A stretch of 33,207 nt of DNA from the IMG/VR virus record IMGVR_UViG_3300025071_000006, positions 1-33,207 of that record. The stretch is one strand, 5' to 3'. Below are positions 7,177-16,682 of this stretch, piece after piece (positions within the stretch are counted from its first letter, which is position 1; the number at the start of each line of letters is the position of its first letter). The notes beneath the pieces were generated by a model. It did no database searches. It worked only from the letters and a program-made list of their open reading frames with translations, and was not told the DNA's origin. The stretch is from a virus. A program made the position numbers and the translations under genes.

Positions 7177-7808
7177 ATTCCATCGTTTACTAGTCTAGTG
7201 CCCCAGGTTGATATTCCTGCAGCATAGTCTAAATAATGTTTCCATTCATAATCAATATTCTCTTTAGTAAGATACCAAGGTTTGTGTTTTATAGTGTAAG
7301 GTCTATCTAATCTTACAGCATCATATCTAAATGATATGTTCTGTCTATATAATGCAAAAGTAGTGTCTATATTAGAATCCCATCCATGTGAATGTCTTTT
7401 CTTCCAGAACTGACTTTCGTGAGCATAAGCTTCCTTACCTATCTTACTGTCCGGTAAATCATTAATCTCTAATGAAAATCCTATCTTATCTACTTTAGCA
7501 GCTAGCATCTTATCTAACCAGTCATCTGGTACGCCATCATATGTACAATCAGGATCTGTTACTATGAAATAGTCTCCACTTCGTAAATCTTTATATTTAG
7601 AATTCCAAGCATAATGTGGGCCGTTATTAGTAGGAGAGTAATGAATTGTTTCTGGTATAGATTTATAGTAATCTAGTAAAGGAGTATAAGTAGATTTTTG
7701 ATCTAATATATGAATCTCATTTACCCTGTCCTCTTTTCTTAAGAACTCTATAGTACTCTTTAAAGTAGTTAAAAGGTTTCTATTAACTATTATTGCTTTT
7801 ATTAACAT
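7173..7808 (-). CDS. GT2-like glycosyltransferase
   Basis: IIVNRN, ILDQKS and VTDPDC (DxD) motifs. Confidence 0.75.
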   Translation of the reverse strand: MLIKAIIVNRNLLTTLKSTIEFLRKEDRVNEIHILDQKSTYTPLLDYYKSIPETIHYSPTNNGPHYAWNSKYKDLRSGDYFIVTDPDCTYDGVPDDWLDKMLAAKVDKIGFSLEINDLPDSKIGKEAYAHESQFWKKRHSHGWDSNIDTTFALYRQNISFRYDAVRLDRPYTIKHKPWYLTKENIDYEWKHYLDYAAGISTWGTRLVNDGI

Positions 7809-8598
7809 AATCTTTTAACATTTGTTTGTAATCATGTTTCCATGTAGGAACTAAATGTATATCTCCTGTAGGAATGTTACCAGCTTTACGCTGTGATTCT
7901 ACATGAGCACTGTGACGTTTAATGATATCAGGTCTTGATCCATCATCTGTACCCATACCGGATTGATGATAACCTCTACCTCCCCACATATAAAACCACG
8001 AAGCTTCACTGTCTGGCATTTTAACGTCCACCTTACCTCCTAATGCATGTATTCTATTAGTTAGTGTCATATCACCTCCTGCGTTCTCTAGAGGGCTTTT
8101 ACCTATTCTTTCCCATACATCTTTACTGTATACTATACCTGAGTTACCAACACCCATTATACTTGTAATGTTAGGTTCGTTGTAATATATACCGGTCTCC
8201 CAGTGAATAATATTAGTATCCTTCTTCCAGTGTCTAGCTATGTTGTTTAGATGATTAGGTAAGGCCACATCATCATCATCCCAAACAGCAATAAGAGGAC
8301 CTTTACATCTTTCAATAGCATAGTTCTCCTTTTCACCTATAAGAGGGAAAGTTTCATCAAGATTATATATTGTGACTTGTGGGTGAGGGTAATGTAACTT
8401 CTGAAGAGGGTAGTCATTAACTATTATTAGCTCGCACTTATCTTTTGGATAGTCCTGAAGTAGGAAACTATGTAAAGATTCTACTAATAAATCTGTTCTT
8501 CCATAAGTTATACACTTACAAGAAATAAAAGGCAACTCCTTGTTTTCTATAACATGAGCTGCCTCTGTTCCTGATATTATTTCATAACTCATTACCAA
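7783..8598 (-). CDS. GT2 glycosyltransferase
   Basis: ITYGR, SFLLQDYP, ELIIVND and WDDDD motifs (start may be 8592). Confidence 0.85.
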   Translation of the reverse strand: MVMSYEIISGTEAAHVIENKELPFISCKCITYGRTDLLVESLHSFLLQDYPKDKCELIIVNDYPLQKLHYPHPQVTIYNLDETFPLIGEKENYAIERCKGPLIAVWDDDDVALPNHLNNIARHWKKDTNIIHWETGIYYNEPNITSIMGVGNSGIVYSKDVWERIGKSPLENAGGDMTLTNRIHALGGKVDVKMPDSEASWFYMWGGRGYHQSGMGTDDGSRPDIIKRHSAHVESQRKAGNIPTGDIHLVPTWKHDYKQMLKDYVNKSNNS

Positions 8599-8885
8599 AC
8601 ATGGATAATGTCAAATGGAGAAAGAAGTAAAACTTCTTGATCATCTGTAAGGGGAATTAAGAGTGCGTCTTTTAATTGCCCTGGGTCTACTAAGACCTCA
8701 TCTCCAGCTTTGAATGTTGATACTAAATCTCCAACATCATAGACTTTTAATCTAGACATCTTCTTTAACATTTCTCTCTGCAGTGCTTCTTTAGTGTTAG
8801 CATCTACTTCAAGTTTACTTTTCTTTCTTTCAGGTACCTCTACATATACACGGTTACCTAATAACTTTTTATATGGTTTTTTCAT
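8592..8885 (-). CDS. groES: GroES-like co-chaperonin
   Basis: LLGNRVYVE, VYDVG, KAGDEVLV and DII pattern; 97 aa. Confidence 0.65.
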   Translation of the reverse strand: MKKPYKKLLGNRVYVEVPERKKSKLEVDANTKEALQREMLKKMSRLKVYDVGDLVSTFKAGDEVLVDPGQLKDALLIPLTDDQEVLLLSPFDIIHVW

Positions 8886-9193
8886 GAGTCTATATTTGTT
8901 AGTTTTTCAAATCTTACTTTATCATCACCTGTTAGATAAGCTTCTGTTTGAAACACTTCAACTTTCTTTTTTGTACCAATCACTTTGTTGGTCTTGGTGT
9001 TGATGTTAGGTACTTCTGTAATACGCTCATGCATATCATCTAAGAGTACAACAATTATATCAGATGATGTTTGTACACTTCTGATTACTTTGTTTAAATT
9101 AATACTGTCTAAGAACTCTGCATATTCAACAGGGTCTGTATCTTCTATAGCTTCCTTTCGCGTATAGAAGAATTGGTTTTTAGTGTAACTCAT
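8882..9193 (-). CDS. hypothetical protein
   Basis: Tightly packed in the operon. Confidence 0.65.
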   Translation of the reverse strand: MSYTKNQFFYTRKEAIEDTDPVEYAEFLDSINLNKVIRSVQTSSDIIVVLLDDMHERITEVPNINTKTNKVIGTKKKVEVFQTEAYLTGDDKVRFEKLTNIDS

Positions 9194-9602
9194 ATTTTTT
9201 TAATAGTTTGGTTCTAAGTTGGTTAATAATATCAAATTTATATATATCTGACTCTACGTCAGCATGTTCATCTGTTGTCAAAAGTATAATATTTTCTTCA
9301 TCCATCCTAACATCAGGATATTTATTTTTAGGTAGTATGTGATGAAAGAACACACTTAATGGTTCTTTTCCTAGCCACTTACCACTAATTTCAGAAGTAT
9401 GTGGTCTCTTCTTCCATATATTTATAAAGAATAAATGGTCTTTGTTAGGAGAAGACGCTCCCTTAGGCTTATGTGACCTAAGGGTTGTCCCCCTCTTAGC
9501 TGCGAGATGAGATACAGCTAATGGTTTTCTAGGCTTATGCCTAAAACAATATTCACTTTCGCTTGATGTACCACAAACCTTACAGTTCATCTGGTAAATC
9601 AA
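9180..9602 (-). CDS. HNH/NinG-like nuclease-family protein (degenerate Zn ligands)
   Basis: N-terminal CxxC...CxxH; HHILPK...NIILL...EH; start may be 9590. Confidence 0.55.
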   Translation of the reverse strand: MIYQMNCKVCGTSSESEYCFRHKPRKPLAVSHLAAKRGTTLRSHKPKGASSPNKDHLFFINIWKKRPHTSEISGKWLGKEPLSVFFHHILPKNKYPDVRMDEENIILLTTDEHADVESDIYKFDIINQLRTKLLKKYELH

Positions 9603-10698
9603 ATAGTCCAGCTGTAAGTTCTGTAGGACTCACAACTTCTACTTCTTTAATAGTATCAGTAGTTTCCACTATGGGAGACTCTTCTTCTTCTACTTCTTCT
9701 ACACCTTTAATAGCTGTAATGATTTTATGTTTTAAATCATTGTAAAAGATTTCATCATTACGTACCATATCTTTAAACTCTTCAAGATCATGCTTAACAC
9801 CATCTACCGTCATAGTCTTACCATACTTTCTACCTAACTCATAATCATTAAGTAATTGCATCATCTCTCCAACTTTATCAATACCTACACCATATAGAAC
9901 TTCAAAGTCTGATAACACATAAGGAGGATTCATCTTATTCTTGATAGCTCGCACCTTAGTAATATTACCATACACTTCTCCAGCTTCTTTAGCTAATGAC
10001 TTACTAACTTCTATTCTTACATCAGAATAAAACTTTAGTGCATGACCACCTTGTGTAGTTGTAGGGTTACCAAACATAACTCCTATCTTTTCTCTGTATT
10101 GAGATACTATTATAACACATGTCTTAGTATTATGTGCCATAGATTTAATCTTAGGATATGCACTACTGTTAAGTCGTGCTTTTTTACCTATTGCATGCTC
10201 ACCAACAGCACCGTCTAGTACTGCTTTAGGTATAAGTGATGAATCAGAATCTATAATGATTAGATCTACATCACCTGTTTGCATTAACTCTACTGCAATG
10301 TTGAAACCTTCTTCACCACAGGATGGTTGTGCAATCATCATAGTGTCAGTATCTACACCTAAAGAATTAAAGTAGTTTGTATCAACAGCATGTTCACCGT
10401 CAATATATACCACTTTACCTCCATTAGATTGACAGCTAGCTACAGCATGTCCACATATAGTAGACTTACCTGTACCTTCCCAACCCATGAGTTCATACAT
10501 TTTACCCTTCACAAATCCTCCTACGCCTAATGTTTTCCAGTCAAAACCTATAGATCCTGTGCTGATTGCATCGTACGTCCCCTCAGACTTACTCCCTAAT
10601 GATAATACAGTTCCCTTACCGTATTGTTTGTTTAATCTTTCTAGTGCATCTTCAAAAGTGTTTGCACCATCTGCCGTTTTTGTGACTTTTTTTGCCAT
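9580..10698 (-). CDS. recA: RecA recombinase
   Basis: Walker A GWEGTGKS, YIDGEHA, IIIDS, QYREKIGVMFGNPTTTQGGHALKFYSDVR; start reset to MAKKV at 10698. Confidence 0.93.
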   Translation of the reverse strand: MAKKVTKTADGANTFEDALERLNKQYGKGTVLSLGSKSEGTYDAISTGSIGFDWKTLGVGGFVKGKMYELMGWEGTGKSTICGHAVASCQSNGGKVVYIDGEHAVDTNYFNSLGVDTDTMMIAQPSCGEEGFNIAVELMQTGDVDLIIIDSDSSLIPKAVLDGAVGEHAIGKKARLNSSAYPKIKSMAHNTKTCVIIVSQYREKIGVMFGNPTTTQGGHALKFYSDVRIEVSKSLAKEAGEVYGNITKVRAIKNKMNPPYVLSDFEVLYGVGIDKVGEMMQLLNDYELGRKYGKTMTVDGVKHDLEEFKDMVRNDEIFYNDLKHKIITAIKGVEEVEEEESPIVETTDTIKEVEVVSPTELTAGLFDLPDEL

Positions 10699-10753
10699 AT
10701 TTAATTGTTTTAAGTTATATGTAAATATACGAATATTCTTGCTAATTATAAAC

Positions 10754-10783
10754 AAAAAAAGCCCTGGATTTACACCCAAGGCT
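10754..10783 (-). terminator. intrinsic terminator
   Basis: AGCCTTGG-GTGTAAAT-CCAGGGC followed by T7. Confidence 0.85.
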
Positions 10784-10902
10784 CTTCTTCTACAATTAAA
10801 AAACAGAACAGAAATACTTAATTCAAAAATCATCAGAAAACCACAAAGGGTCCTCTTTCTAGGGTTAGTTGTTTTTAAAGTGGACCCTTCCACCTCTTTC
10901 TG
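10754..10902 (-). ncRNA. candidate ~150-nt structured sRNA
   Basis: Bounded by a consensus promoter and a terminator; nested inverted repeats; no self-contained ORF. Confidence 0.55.
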
Positions 10903-10905
10903 ATT

Positions 10906-10937
10906 CAAATATACAACTAGTATATGAACCAACCAAA
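10906..10937 (-). promoter_or_regulatory. Bacteroidetes sigma70-type promoter
   Basis: TTTG (10937-10934), N20, TATATTTG (10913-10906). Confidence 0.75.
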
Positions 10938-10978
10938 ACAATTCTAACCTTCTCGATGAAGTTTTTTAACTAAGTTAG

Positions 10979-12604
10979 TTAGCCTTCACAGCTTGCACAC
11001 TCTAAAATATTACGTGCAAACGCTTGAGCTGAACTCTGACTGAACTGATAATATAGTGTTTTAATTCCCTGCTCGTGAGCAAATAGATACAATTGATTTA
11101 TATCTTTTGCCGGTACACTAGGATCTATCATTAAGTTTAAACTTTGTGACTGATCAATGTACTTTTGACGACTAGCAGCTTGGATGATTATCTCTTTTGG
11201 ACTAATCTCTATAAAAGACTTGAACACAGACTTAGTAGGAAAGTTAAGATGTTGTACTGATCCGTCCTTCTTTAATATACTGTCCCAAGTTTCTTTATTA
11301 TTAAGCTCATACTTATCTAACTCTTTAATAAGGAATGGATTCTTATACACTGTCTTAGACTTAGCAAGATCCTTTATAAAGTAGTTGGACTTAATTGGCT
11401 CAATACCCATAGATACTGCACCGTGTATAAATGAACTAGATTTAGTTGGTGCTATAGCCATTAATGTAGTGTTAGCATAACCTTCTCTAATTGATGTATA
11501 TCCTTTTGCTTCATGTAACCATCTAGATGCTTCTTCTGTTCGCTCCTTAATAGTTTTAAAGATCTTAGTGTTAATCATCTTAGCTTCCATAGATTCAAAC
11601 TCTATAAGCTTAGACTGTAAATAGGAATGATATCCTAAAGCTCCTACACCAATTGCTCTGTGTTGTGAAGCAAACCTCCATGCTCTTTTCATACCTGGCA
11701 TATACTCTGCCTTCTGTATGAACTCATTCATCACTGCATTAAGAAACTTAGTATAAATCTCTATTGCATCAGTCTCTACTAACTCGTCCCAATGAAGAAG
11801 ATTAATAGATCCTAAACAACAAACAAAGCTATTAAAGCTGTCTGTTGGTAATTGAATCTCTGAGCATAAATTAGATGCTGTTATCTTATATCCATAGTCT
11901 TTGTAGGGTGTGTTGTTATTGGAGTTGTCATAGAACATAATATAAGGAAATCCAAACTCATTACGTTGTTGAATAATCTTAGCCCATATCTTACGCTTCT
12001 CTTGGTGTCCACCTTTCATAGACTTTAACCAGGCATCAGTAACTGTAATACCATACTGTAAATTCTGTATAGGATTACCCTCAGTACCTATGTCTAGAAA
12101 CTCTTCTATATCTTTGTGCTCAACCGGTAGATAAACTGCACAGGCACCTCTTCTGGCTTCTGATTGTTTACATACGTCAACTACAGTATTGTAGATTCTT
12201 GCATAGTGAACTGGTCCATCAGCCTTTCCTCCTGTACTAATAGCTCCTCCCCTTGGTCTTATGTTACCAAGAAAGGCACTTGTACCTCCTCCGTACTTAG
12301 ACATCATACCTATCTCACGTCCTGCATTTAATATACTATCTAGGTTATCATCTACATTAGACCCATAGCAGCTGATAGGTAGGCCCTTTCGTTTTCCAAA
12401 GTTAATCCAGACTGGAGTTGATAAACTATAAAACCCTCTAGCCATGTAGTCTTCAAACTTAGCAGCAAATCCTGTCTCGTCTAAATACTTCTCAGCTATG
12501 TTAGCAATGTCTCTTATACGTTGCTCTGGTGTTTCTGTTATATATCCTCTAGATAAAAACTTTCTACTGTCTTGATTAAGCCAGTAGTATCTTGTGTGTT
12601 CCAT
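10979..12604 (-). CDS. nrdA: ribonucleotide reductase class I alpha subunit (short, no ATP cone)
   Basis: PISC, SNLCSEI, APTKSSS, KTLYY and C-terminal CASC. Confidence 0.95.
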   Translation of the reverse strand: MEHTRYYWLNQDSRKFLSRGYITETPEQRIRDIANIAEKYLDETGFAAKFEDYMARGFYSLSTPVWINFGKRKGLPISCYGSNVDDNLDSILNAGREIGMMSKYGGGTSAFLGNIRPRGGAISTGGKADGPVHYARIYNTVVDVCKQSEARRGACAVYLPVEHKDIEEFLDIGTEGNPIQNLQYGITVTDAWLKSMKGGHQEKRKIWAKIIQQRNEFGFPYIMFYDNSNNNTPYKDYGYKITASNLCSEIQLPTDSFNSFVCCLGSINLLHWDELVETDAIEIYTKFLNAVMNEFIQKAEYMPGMKRAWRFASQHRAIGVGALGYHSYLQSKLIEFESMEAKMINTKIFKTIKERTEEASRWLHEAKGYTSIREGYANTTLMAIAPTKSSSFIHGAVSMGIEPIKSNYFIKDLAKSKTVYKNPFLIKELDKYELNNKETWDSILKKDGSVQHLNFPTKSVFKSFIEISPKEIIIQAASRQKYIDQSQSLNLMIDPSVPAKDINQLYLFAHEQGIKTLYYQFSQSSAQAFARNILECASCEG

Positions 12605-12614
12605 ATTGGTTTAT

Positions 12615-12758
12615 TTATATTGTTCTGTTTCTTCTTGAATTATCCCACATTACTTTTTTAGACTGCCCTAAAATTCTATATCTAGAAACTCTGTTATTAA
12701 GGCTTGCTCGTTCTGAATTCAATTGGGTGTTTCCGTTATTTGATTTTTCTGTACTCAT
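12615..12758 (-). CDS. 47-aa basic micro-protein between nrdB and nrdA (not in track)
   Basis: MSTEKSNNGNTQLNSER...RRNRTI*; fills the intergenic gap. Confidence 0.55.
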   Translation of the reverse strand: MSTEKSNNGNTQLNSERASLNNRVSRYRILGQSKKVMWDNSRRNRTI

Positions 12759-12759
12759 T

Positions 12760-13743
12760 TTAAAATAGATCATCTGATGTTATACTCTTACTTTTCTTAT
12801 TGTAGTCTACAGACTTTTTATAGAAGAAATCTCCTTCTTTTGTTGCAGTAATTTCTACATCAAACCATTGTGTTGATTCTAATAATGATTGATCTACATC
12901 AAAGATTGAGTCCATACCAATTTTATTCAAAGAGTTATTGAACCTATTCATTACAAAATGTTGTATAGTTTCTTTAGGTAAGAAATCTAGTTCACCTTGC
13001 TCAAAAATCCAGTCTAGTATATCACACTCAGCTACATAAGCTTTCTTACATGCTGAGTATATTAAGTCTTTGAATTCTTCATCAAACCATTCAGGATTCT
13101 CTTTCTTGATAATGTTAATTAACTCTGCTCCAAAGTTACCATGTATCTCTTCTTCTTTACTAGTAGCTTCTACAACGTTAGATATACCCTTGAATACATT
13201 TCTATCTTTGTTAAAGCTCATCATAATTAAGAACTGACTGAACAAACTTACGTGCTCTATAAATAAAGAGAATAACAATACAGACTTAGTGTACATCTTA
13301 TTATCTTTAGATCTAGTTCCATCTAAGTACTTCTTTAGATACTTAATCCTGCCTGCAATTGCTGGCACCTCTACTACATTTTGAAACTCTTTTTCTAAGC
13401 CAAGTATTCGCATTAGTCTAGCATATGCATCTTTGTGTCTTACTTCTGACTCTGCAAACGTAAATCCTACATCACCTATTTCTGTAATGGGCATTCGTTT
13501 ATACAAATCACCCCAGAATGTTTTTACATTAACTTCTATTTGTGCAATAGCTAACATAGTCTTCTTTATAACATCACGTTCTTGATCTGTAATAGTTATC
13601 TTGAAGTCTTGTATATCTTCAGTAAAGTTAAACTCTGTATCAATCCAATACGAGTGTCTGATTGCGTCTTTATAAGCTAATAGTTGGGGATATTCATAAG
13701 GCAAGATATTTGTTCTTGATTGAAATATGTTTTTATTCATCAT
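12760..13743 (-). CDS. nrdB: ribonucleotide reductase beta subunit, class Id-like
   Basis: AQIEVNVK, ESEVRH, EEEIH and C-terminal SITSDDLF resemble Flavobacterium NrdB. Confidence 0.93.
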   Translation of the reverse strand: MMNKNIFQSRTNILPYEYPQLLAYKDAIRHSYWIDTEFNFTEDIQDFKITITDQERDVIKKTMLAIAQIEVNVKTFWGDLYKRMPITEIGDVGFTFAESEVRHKDAYARLMRILGLEKEFQNVVEVPAIAGRIKYLKKYLDGTRSKDNKMYTKSVLLFSLFIEHVSLFSQFLIMMSFNKDRNVFKGISNVVEATSKEEEIHGNFGAELINIIKKENPEWFDEEFKDLIYSACKKAYVAECDILDWIFEQGELDFLPKETIQHFVMNRFNNSLNKIGMDSIFDVDQSLLESTQWFDVEITATKEGDFFYKKSVDYNKKSKSITSDDLF

Positions 13744-14068
13744 TTGTTAAGGGTTTACCGTGTTTGTCTAAATTAAGTGATTGTAATCTTTGCTCAACTT
13801 CAAACTCTACTTTCATAATCATACTAATCTTTTCTTCAATCTCTGCATGTATAGTGTGCCCTGCCCACGGCATAAGGTCCACTAAGTTACTCTGCATTCT
13901 AGGTATTCCACGTACTGTAGAAATCTCTGTTAGTCTGAAACCTTCTATCTTACAAAGGTCATCAAATACCACAGCTAAAAATCCTACAACTTGTGGGACC
14001 TCTATACCTAAACCTGCTCCATCAATGATGAGAGTGTATACTTCATTAAAATCTTTATTTGTTCTCAT
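13733..14068 (-). CDS. hypothetical protein
   Basis: Operon packing. Confidence 0.55.
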   Translation of the reverse strand: MRTNKDFNEVYTLIIDGAGLGIEVPQVVGFLAVVFDDLCKIEGFRLTEISTVRGIPRMQSNLVDLMPWAGHTIHAEIEEKISMIMKVEFEVEQRLQSLNLDKHGKPLTNDE

Positions 14069-14249
14069 AGCGAATGTTTTTTAAATTATATGTACTAGTT
14101 GTGCACCATCCACTAAAAGGAACTCGATTACCTTGATCAAGAAGAATACTAGCTTCTTTCTTAGTTATCAATTTTGAGGATAGCAAATCTAATACAATTA
14201 TTAATAGTGACCTAGTCTTTTTTTGGTTTTTCTTTCTTGTTTTTGGCAT
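14055..14249 (-). CDS. hypothetical protein
   Basis: Operon packing. Confidence 0.45.
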   Translation of the reverse strand: MPKTRKKNQKKTRSLLIIVLDLLSSKLITKKEASILLDQGNRVPFSGWCTTSTYNLKNIRYENK

Positions 14250-14625
14250 TTGTTTTAGGTTTTAATTTATCTTCTAATAATTCAAAAGCTTTAAATATAG
14301 CTTTAGTTTCAGCCTTCTTTCTATTGGTAAAAGGTATGCTAGGATTTTCATAAGGATGTGCTATATCCCAAACAAAACCTATTTCATCTTGATAGACTAT
14401 ATTTATGTATATTTTATGCTTGTCAAATACATCAAATAAACCACGTGGTCCTTCTGATATCATAACTGCTAACTTAGCGTCATCAATAGTTTGAGCCTTT
14501 ACAAACTCTTTGAATTCTTCTGGCATTCCTTCATCTACAGTTTTTAGTAGATTATTAAGAAACCAGTTTTGCACCTGTTTACTTGATAAAGGGTGATCTT
14601 GCAATAATTTAATTACTTGTTTCAT
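14212..14625 (-). CDS. hypothetical protein
   Basis: Operon packing. Confidence 0.65.
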   Translation of the reverse strand: MKQVIKLLQDHPLSSKQVQNWFLNNLLKTVDEGMPEEFKEFVKAQTIDDAKLAVMISEGPRGLFDVFDKHKIYINIVYQDEIGFVWDIAHPYENPSIPFTNRKKAETKAIFKAFELLEDKLKPKTNAKNKKEKPKKD

Positions 14626-15175
14626 ATTTTTCTTTTTTAATTTCCATCATGTTTAATATTTCTTTTGATTCATCCCATCCATTCCACACTTCCATGTTAT
14701 CTGTCCAGGTTATTCCTAGTTTCTTCTCCCAAAACTCTATAAGATCTGGTGTTCTGTTAAACACTCTAAACTGAAGACTGACCTCATCTCTATGTAGACC
14801 ATTCTTTTTAATCTTAATTATTTTAGGAAACTGTTTTTGAAATAGTAGAGAGGTTTTGGAATATTTACCTTGTTTAATAATATCAAAGTCTTTTTTAAAT
14901 ATGGGATCTAACTTATATATTAAAATCACATATCCATCTATATAATCGTAGTCTTCTATAATATTGTCTGTTCTATCATACTCTGTGTCAAGAAACTCTC
15001 GAAAGATATCCATGTCATCAGGTTTAAATAGGAGATAAATAACCTTATCTTTTCCATAATCCATATCAGCATCCATGTCTTGTTGAAATGCATTAATAAA
15101 CCCAAGGGAACGTAATGCTCCCTTAGGTATTCTTAATGTTGGAACCATAAAAATAGTAGTTATAGTTTTTGTCAT
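14609..15175 (-). CDS. hypothetical phage protein, coupled to the exonuclease
   Basis: ATGA-coupled to 15172..16212. Confidence 0.7.
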   Translation of the reverse strand: MTKTITTIFMVPTLRIPKGALRSLGFINAFQQDMDADMDYGKDKVIYLLFKPDDMDIFREFLDTEYDRTDNIIEDYDYIDGYVILIYKLDPIFKKDFDIIKQGKYSKTSLLFQKQFPKIIKIKKNGLHRDEVSLQFRVFNRTPDLIEFWEKKLGITWTDNMEVWNGWDESKEILNMMEIKKEKYETSN

Positions 15176-16212
15176 GTTATATTTATAATTCCATTAGCAT
15201 TATAGTTTTGTTTTGTCATGTCCCATATATTATTCGTATGTGCCCAAGATAATGAAGACACTAAGTCCTTAACACCAGGGTAAGTTCTACCCTTGTGGTT
15301 AAAACCAAGGTAAGCATCTTTTAAGTCTCTATTAGATAAAGTAAATATTAGAGGCTTATAATAGTTAGCACTATCACAAACTAAGAATCTTGGATTCAAT
15401 ACTTCAAAGTCAAGATACTCTGCTGCAAAGTATTCTTTTGCAGCCTGTAAATATAAATAGGCTTGAATGTATGCTCTTCTGTAAAGATAGTATTCCTCAT
15501 AGAAGTTCTCTACATTCCATGTGCACTTAAGATCATATACTTGGATTGTTTTATCAAAGTGATCTATTATAACACGGTCCATCATAGACTTAAACTGATG
15601 ACCATCTAACTCATAGTCTTCTACCTGCAGTTGATCAATTACTGTATATCTCTCACTAGTAACCATATTAACTATGTCTTTAGTGTAAGAAGTTGTCTTC
15701 AGTTTATCTATAATCTTCTCAGCTGTAGCTACTTGTTGTGTATCTACTACTGTTAGGTTTCTAGATCTCACTGTGCGTATCTCATTGTAATATAGTTCTG
15801 CATTTGTACCTATGAACTTCTTAAGTACTGCTTCAAACTTAATCTTAAAAGATGATAATGTGTACGCCTCTTCTGCTAGCTCTTTAAAGCCTCTAGATAT
15901 ATTACCTGACTCATCTGTAGAGTCTAGTGTCACCTGATATAAACACTCTACGAACTCTAACATAAGTCCGGTTGGTATAGACTCACATGTAGACATAAAG
16001 AACTTTTCATCAAATAGCTCTGGCTCCCATAGCATAGTTTCTACTAGTCTACCTAAGTTTGCAGCTATAGAGTCTTTCTCTTTAACGTCTTCATTGAGTA
16101 TGTGTTTTCTGTGATATTTCTTTCTGTCCATTGAAAAATCTTTCAACGAGCTAGAACTATCTAGCATCACAGCTCTATATAGTTCTTCTGTTTTTACTGT
16201 CCCTTGTATCAT
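15172..16212 (-). CDS. PD-(D/E)XK exonuclease (RecE/ExoVIII-like)
   Basis: SSSSLKDF, MMDRVIID, VYDLKCT and YIQAYLY motifs. Confidence 0.75.
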   Translation of the reverse strand: MIQGTVKTEELYRAVMLDSSSSLKDFSMDRKKYHRKHILNEDVKEKDSIAANLGRLVETMLWEPELFDEKFFMSTCESIPTGLMLEFVECLYQVTLDSTDESGNISRGFKELAEEAYTLSSFKIKFEAVLKKFIGTNAELYYNEIRTVRSRNLTVVDTQQVATAEKIIDKLKTTSYTKDIVNMVTSERYTVIDQLQVEDYELDGHQFKSMMDRVIIDHFDKTIQVYDLKCTWNVENFYEEYYLYRRAYIQAYLYLQAAKEYFAAEYLDFEVLNPRFLVCDSANYYKPLIFTLSNRDLKDAYLGFNHKGRTYPGVKDLVSSLSWAHTNNIWDMTKQNYNANGIINIT

Positions 16213-16214
16213 AT

Positions 16215-16616
16215 CTATTTCATTTTATATTTCTTTAATTGTTTTTCTAGATTGGTTTTCTCGTCATGACATTCTTTACATAGTACTTGTAGATTATCCT
16301 GTTCACAAAACAGTGTCTCTACAAATCCTGGTAAGTCATCATACTTTCGTAAACTACCTGCTTGCTCTATGTGATCTACATTAACTTCGTCACTTTTGTA
16401 GTACTTACTACATTTGTTACATTTGTATTCCCACTTTTGTCTTTTATTTCTTCCTTTATGAGCTCTTCTTGCAAGTTTTTTACATTCAGCAATCGGTTTC
16501 CACCATCTACTTTTTTGCCTTAGAGCACTTCTGATCATAGACCAGAATGCTGATTCTGTCATCGTTCCAGCATTTCTTGTGCGAGCGACTCTTGGCTTTT
16601 GTACTGTTTTTGCCAT
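16215..16616 (-). CDS. HNH endonuclease family protein
   Basis: CNKC...VDHI...NLQVLCKECHDEKT. Confidence 0.85.
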   Translation of the reverse strand: MAKTVQKPRVARTRNAGTMTESAFWSMIRSALRQKSRWWKPIAECKKLARRAHKGRNKRQKWEYKCNKCSKYYKSDEVNVDHIEQAGSLRKYDDLPGFVETLFCEQDNLQVLCKECHDEKTNLEKQLKKYKMK

Positions 16617-16635
16617 TGTTTAGTTTTTTAATTAA

Positions 16636-16670
16636 TGATGTCCCAAATATAATAAATAAATGAGACATCA
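16636..16670 (-). promoter_or_regulatory. inverted repeat overlapping a -7 promoter element
   Basis: TGATGTCCCA...TGAGACATCA (9 of 10 match) around TATATTTG (16651-16644). Confidence 0.45.
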
Positions 16671-16682
16671 CATAAATTAAAA

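Noticed and set aside
10699-10941. N-terminal extension of RecA in the ORF track (453 aa)
   Set aside because: It runs through a promoter, hairpins and an intrinsic terminator; RecA homology and an A-rich leader point to ATG 10698
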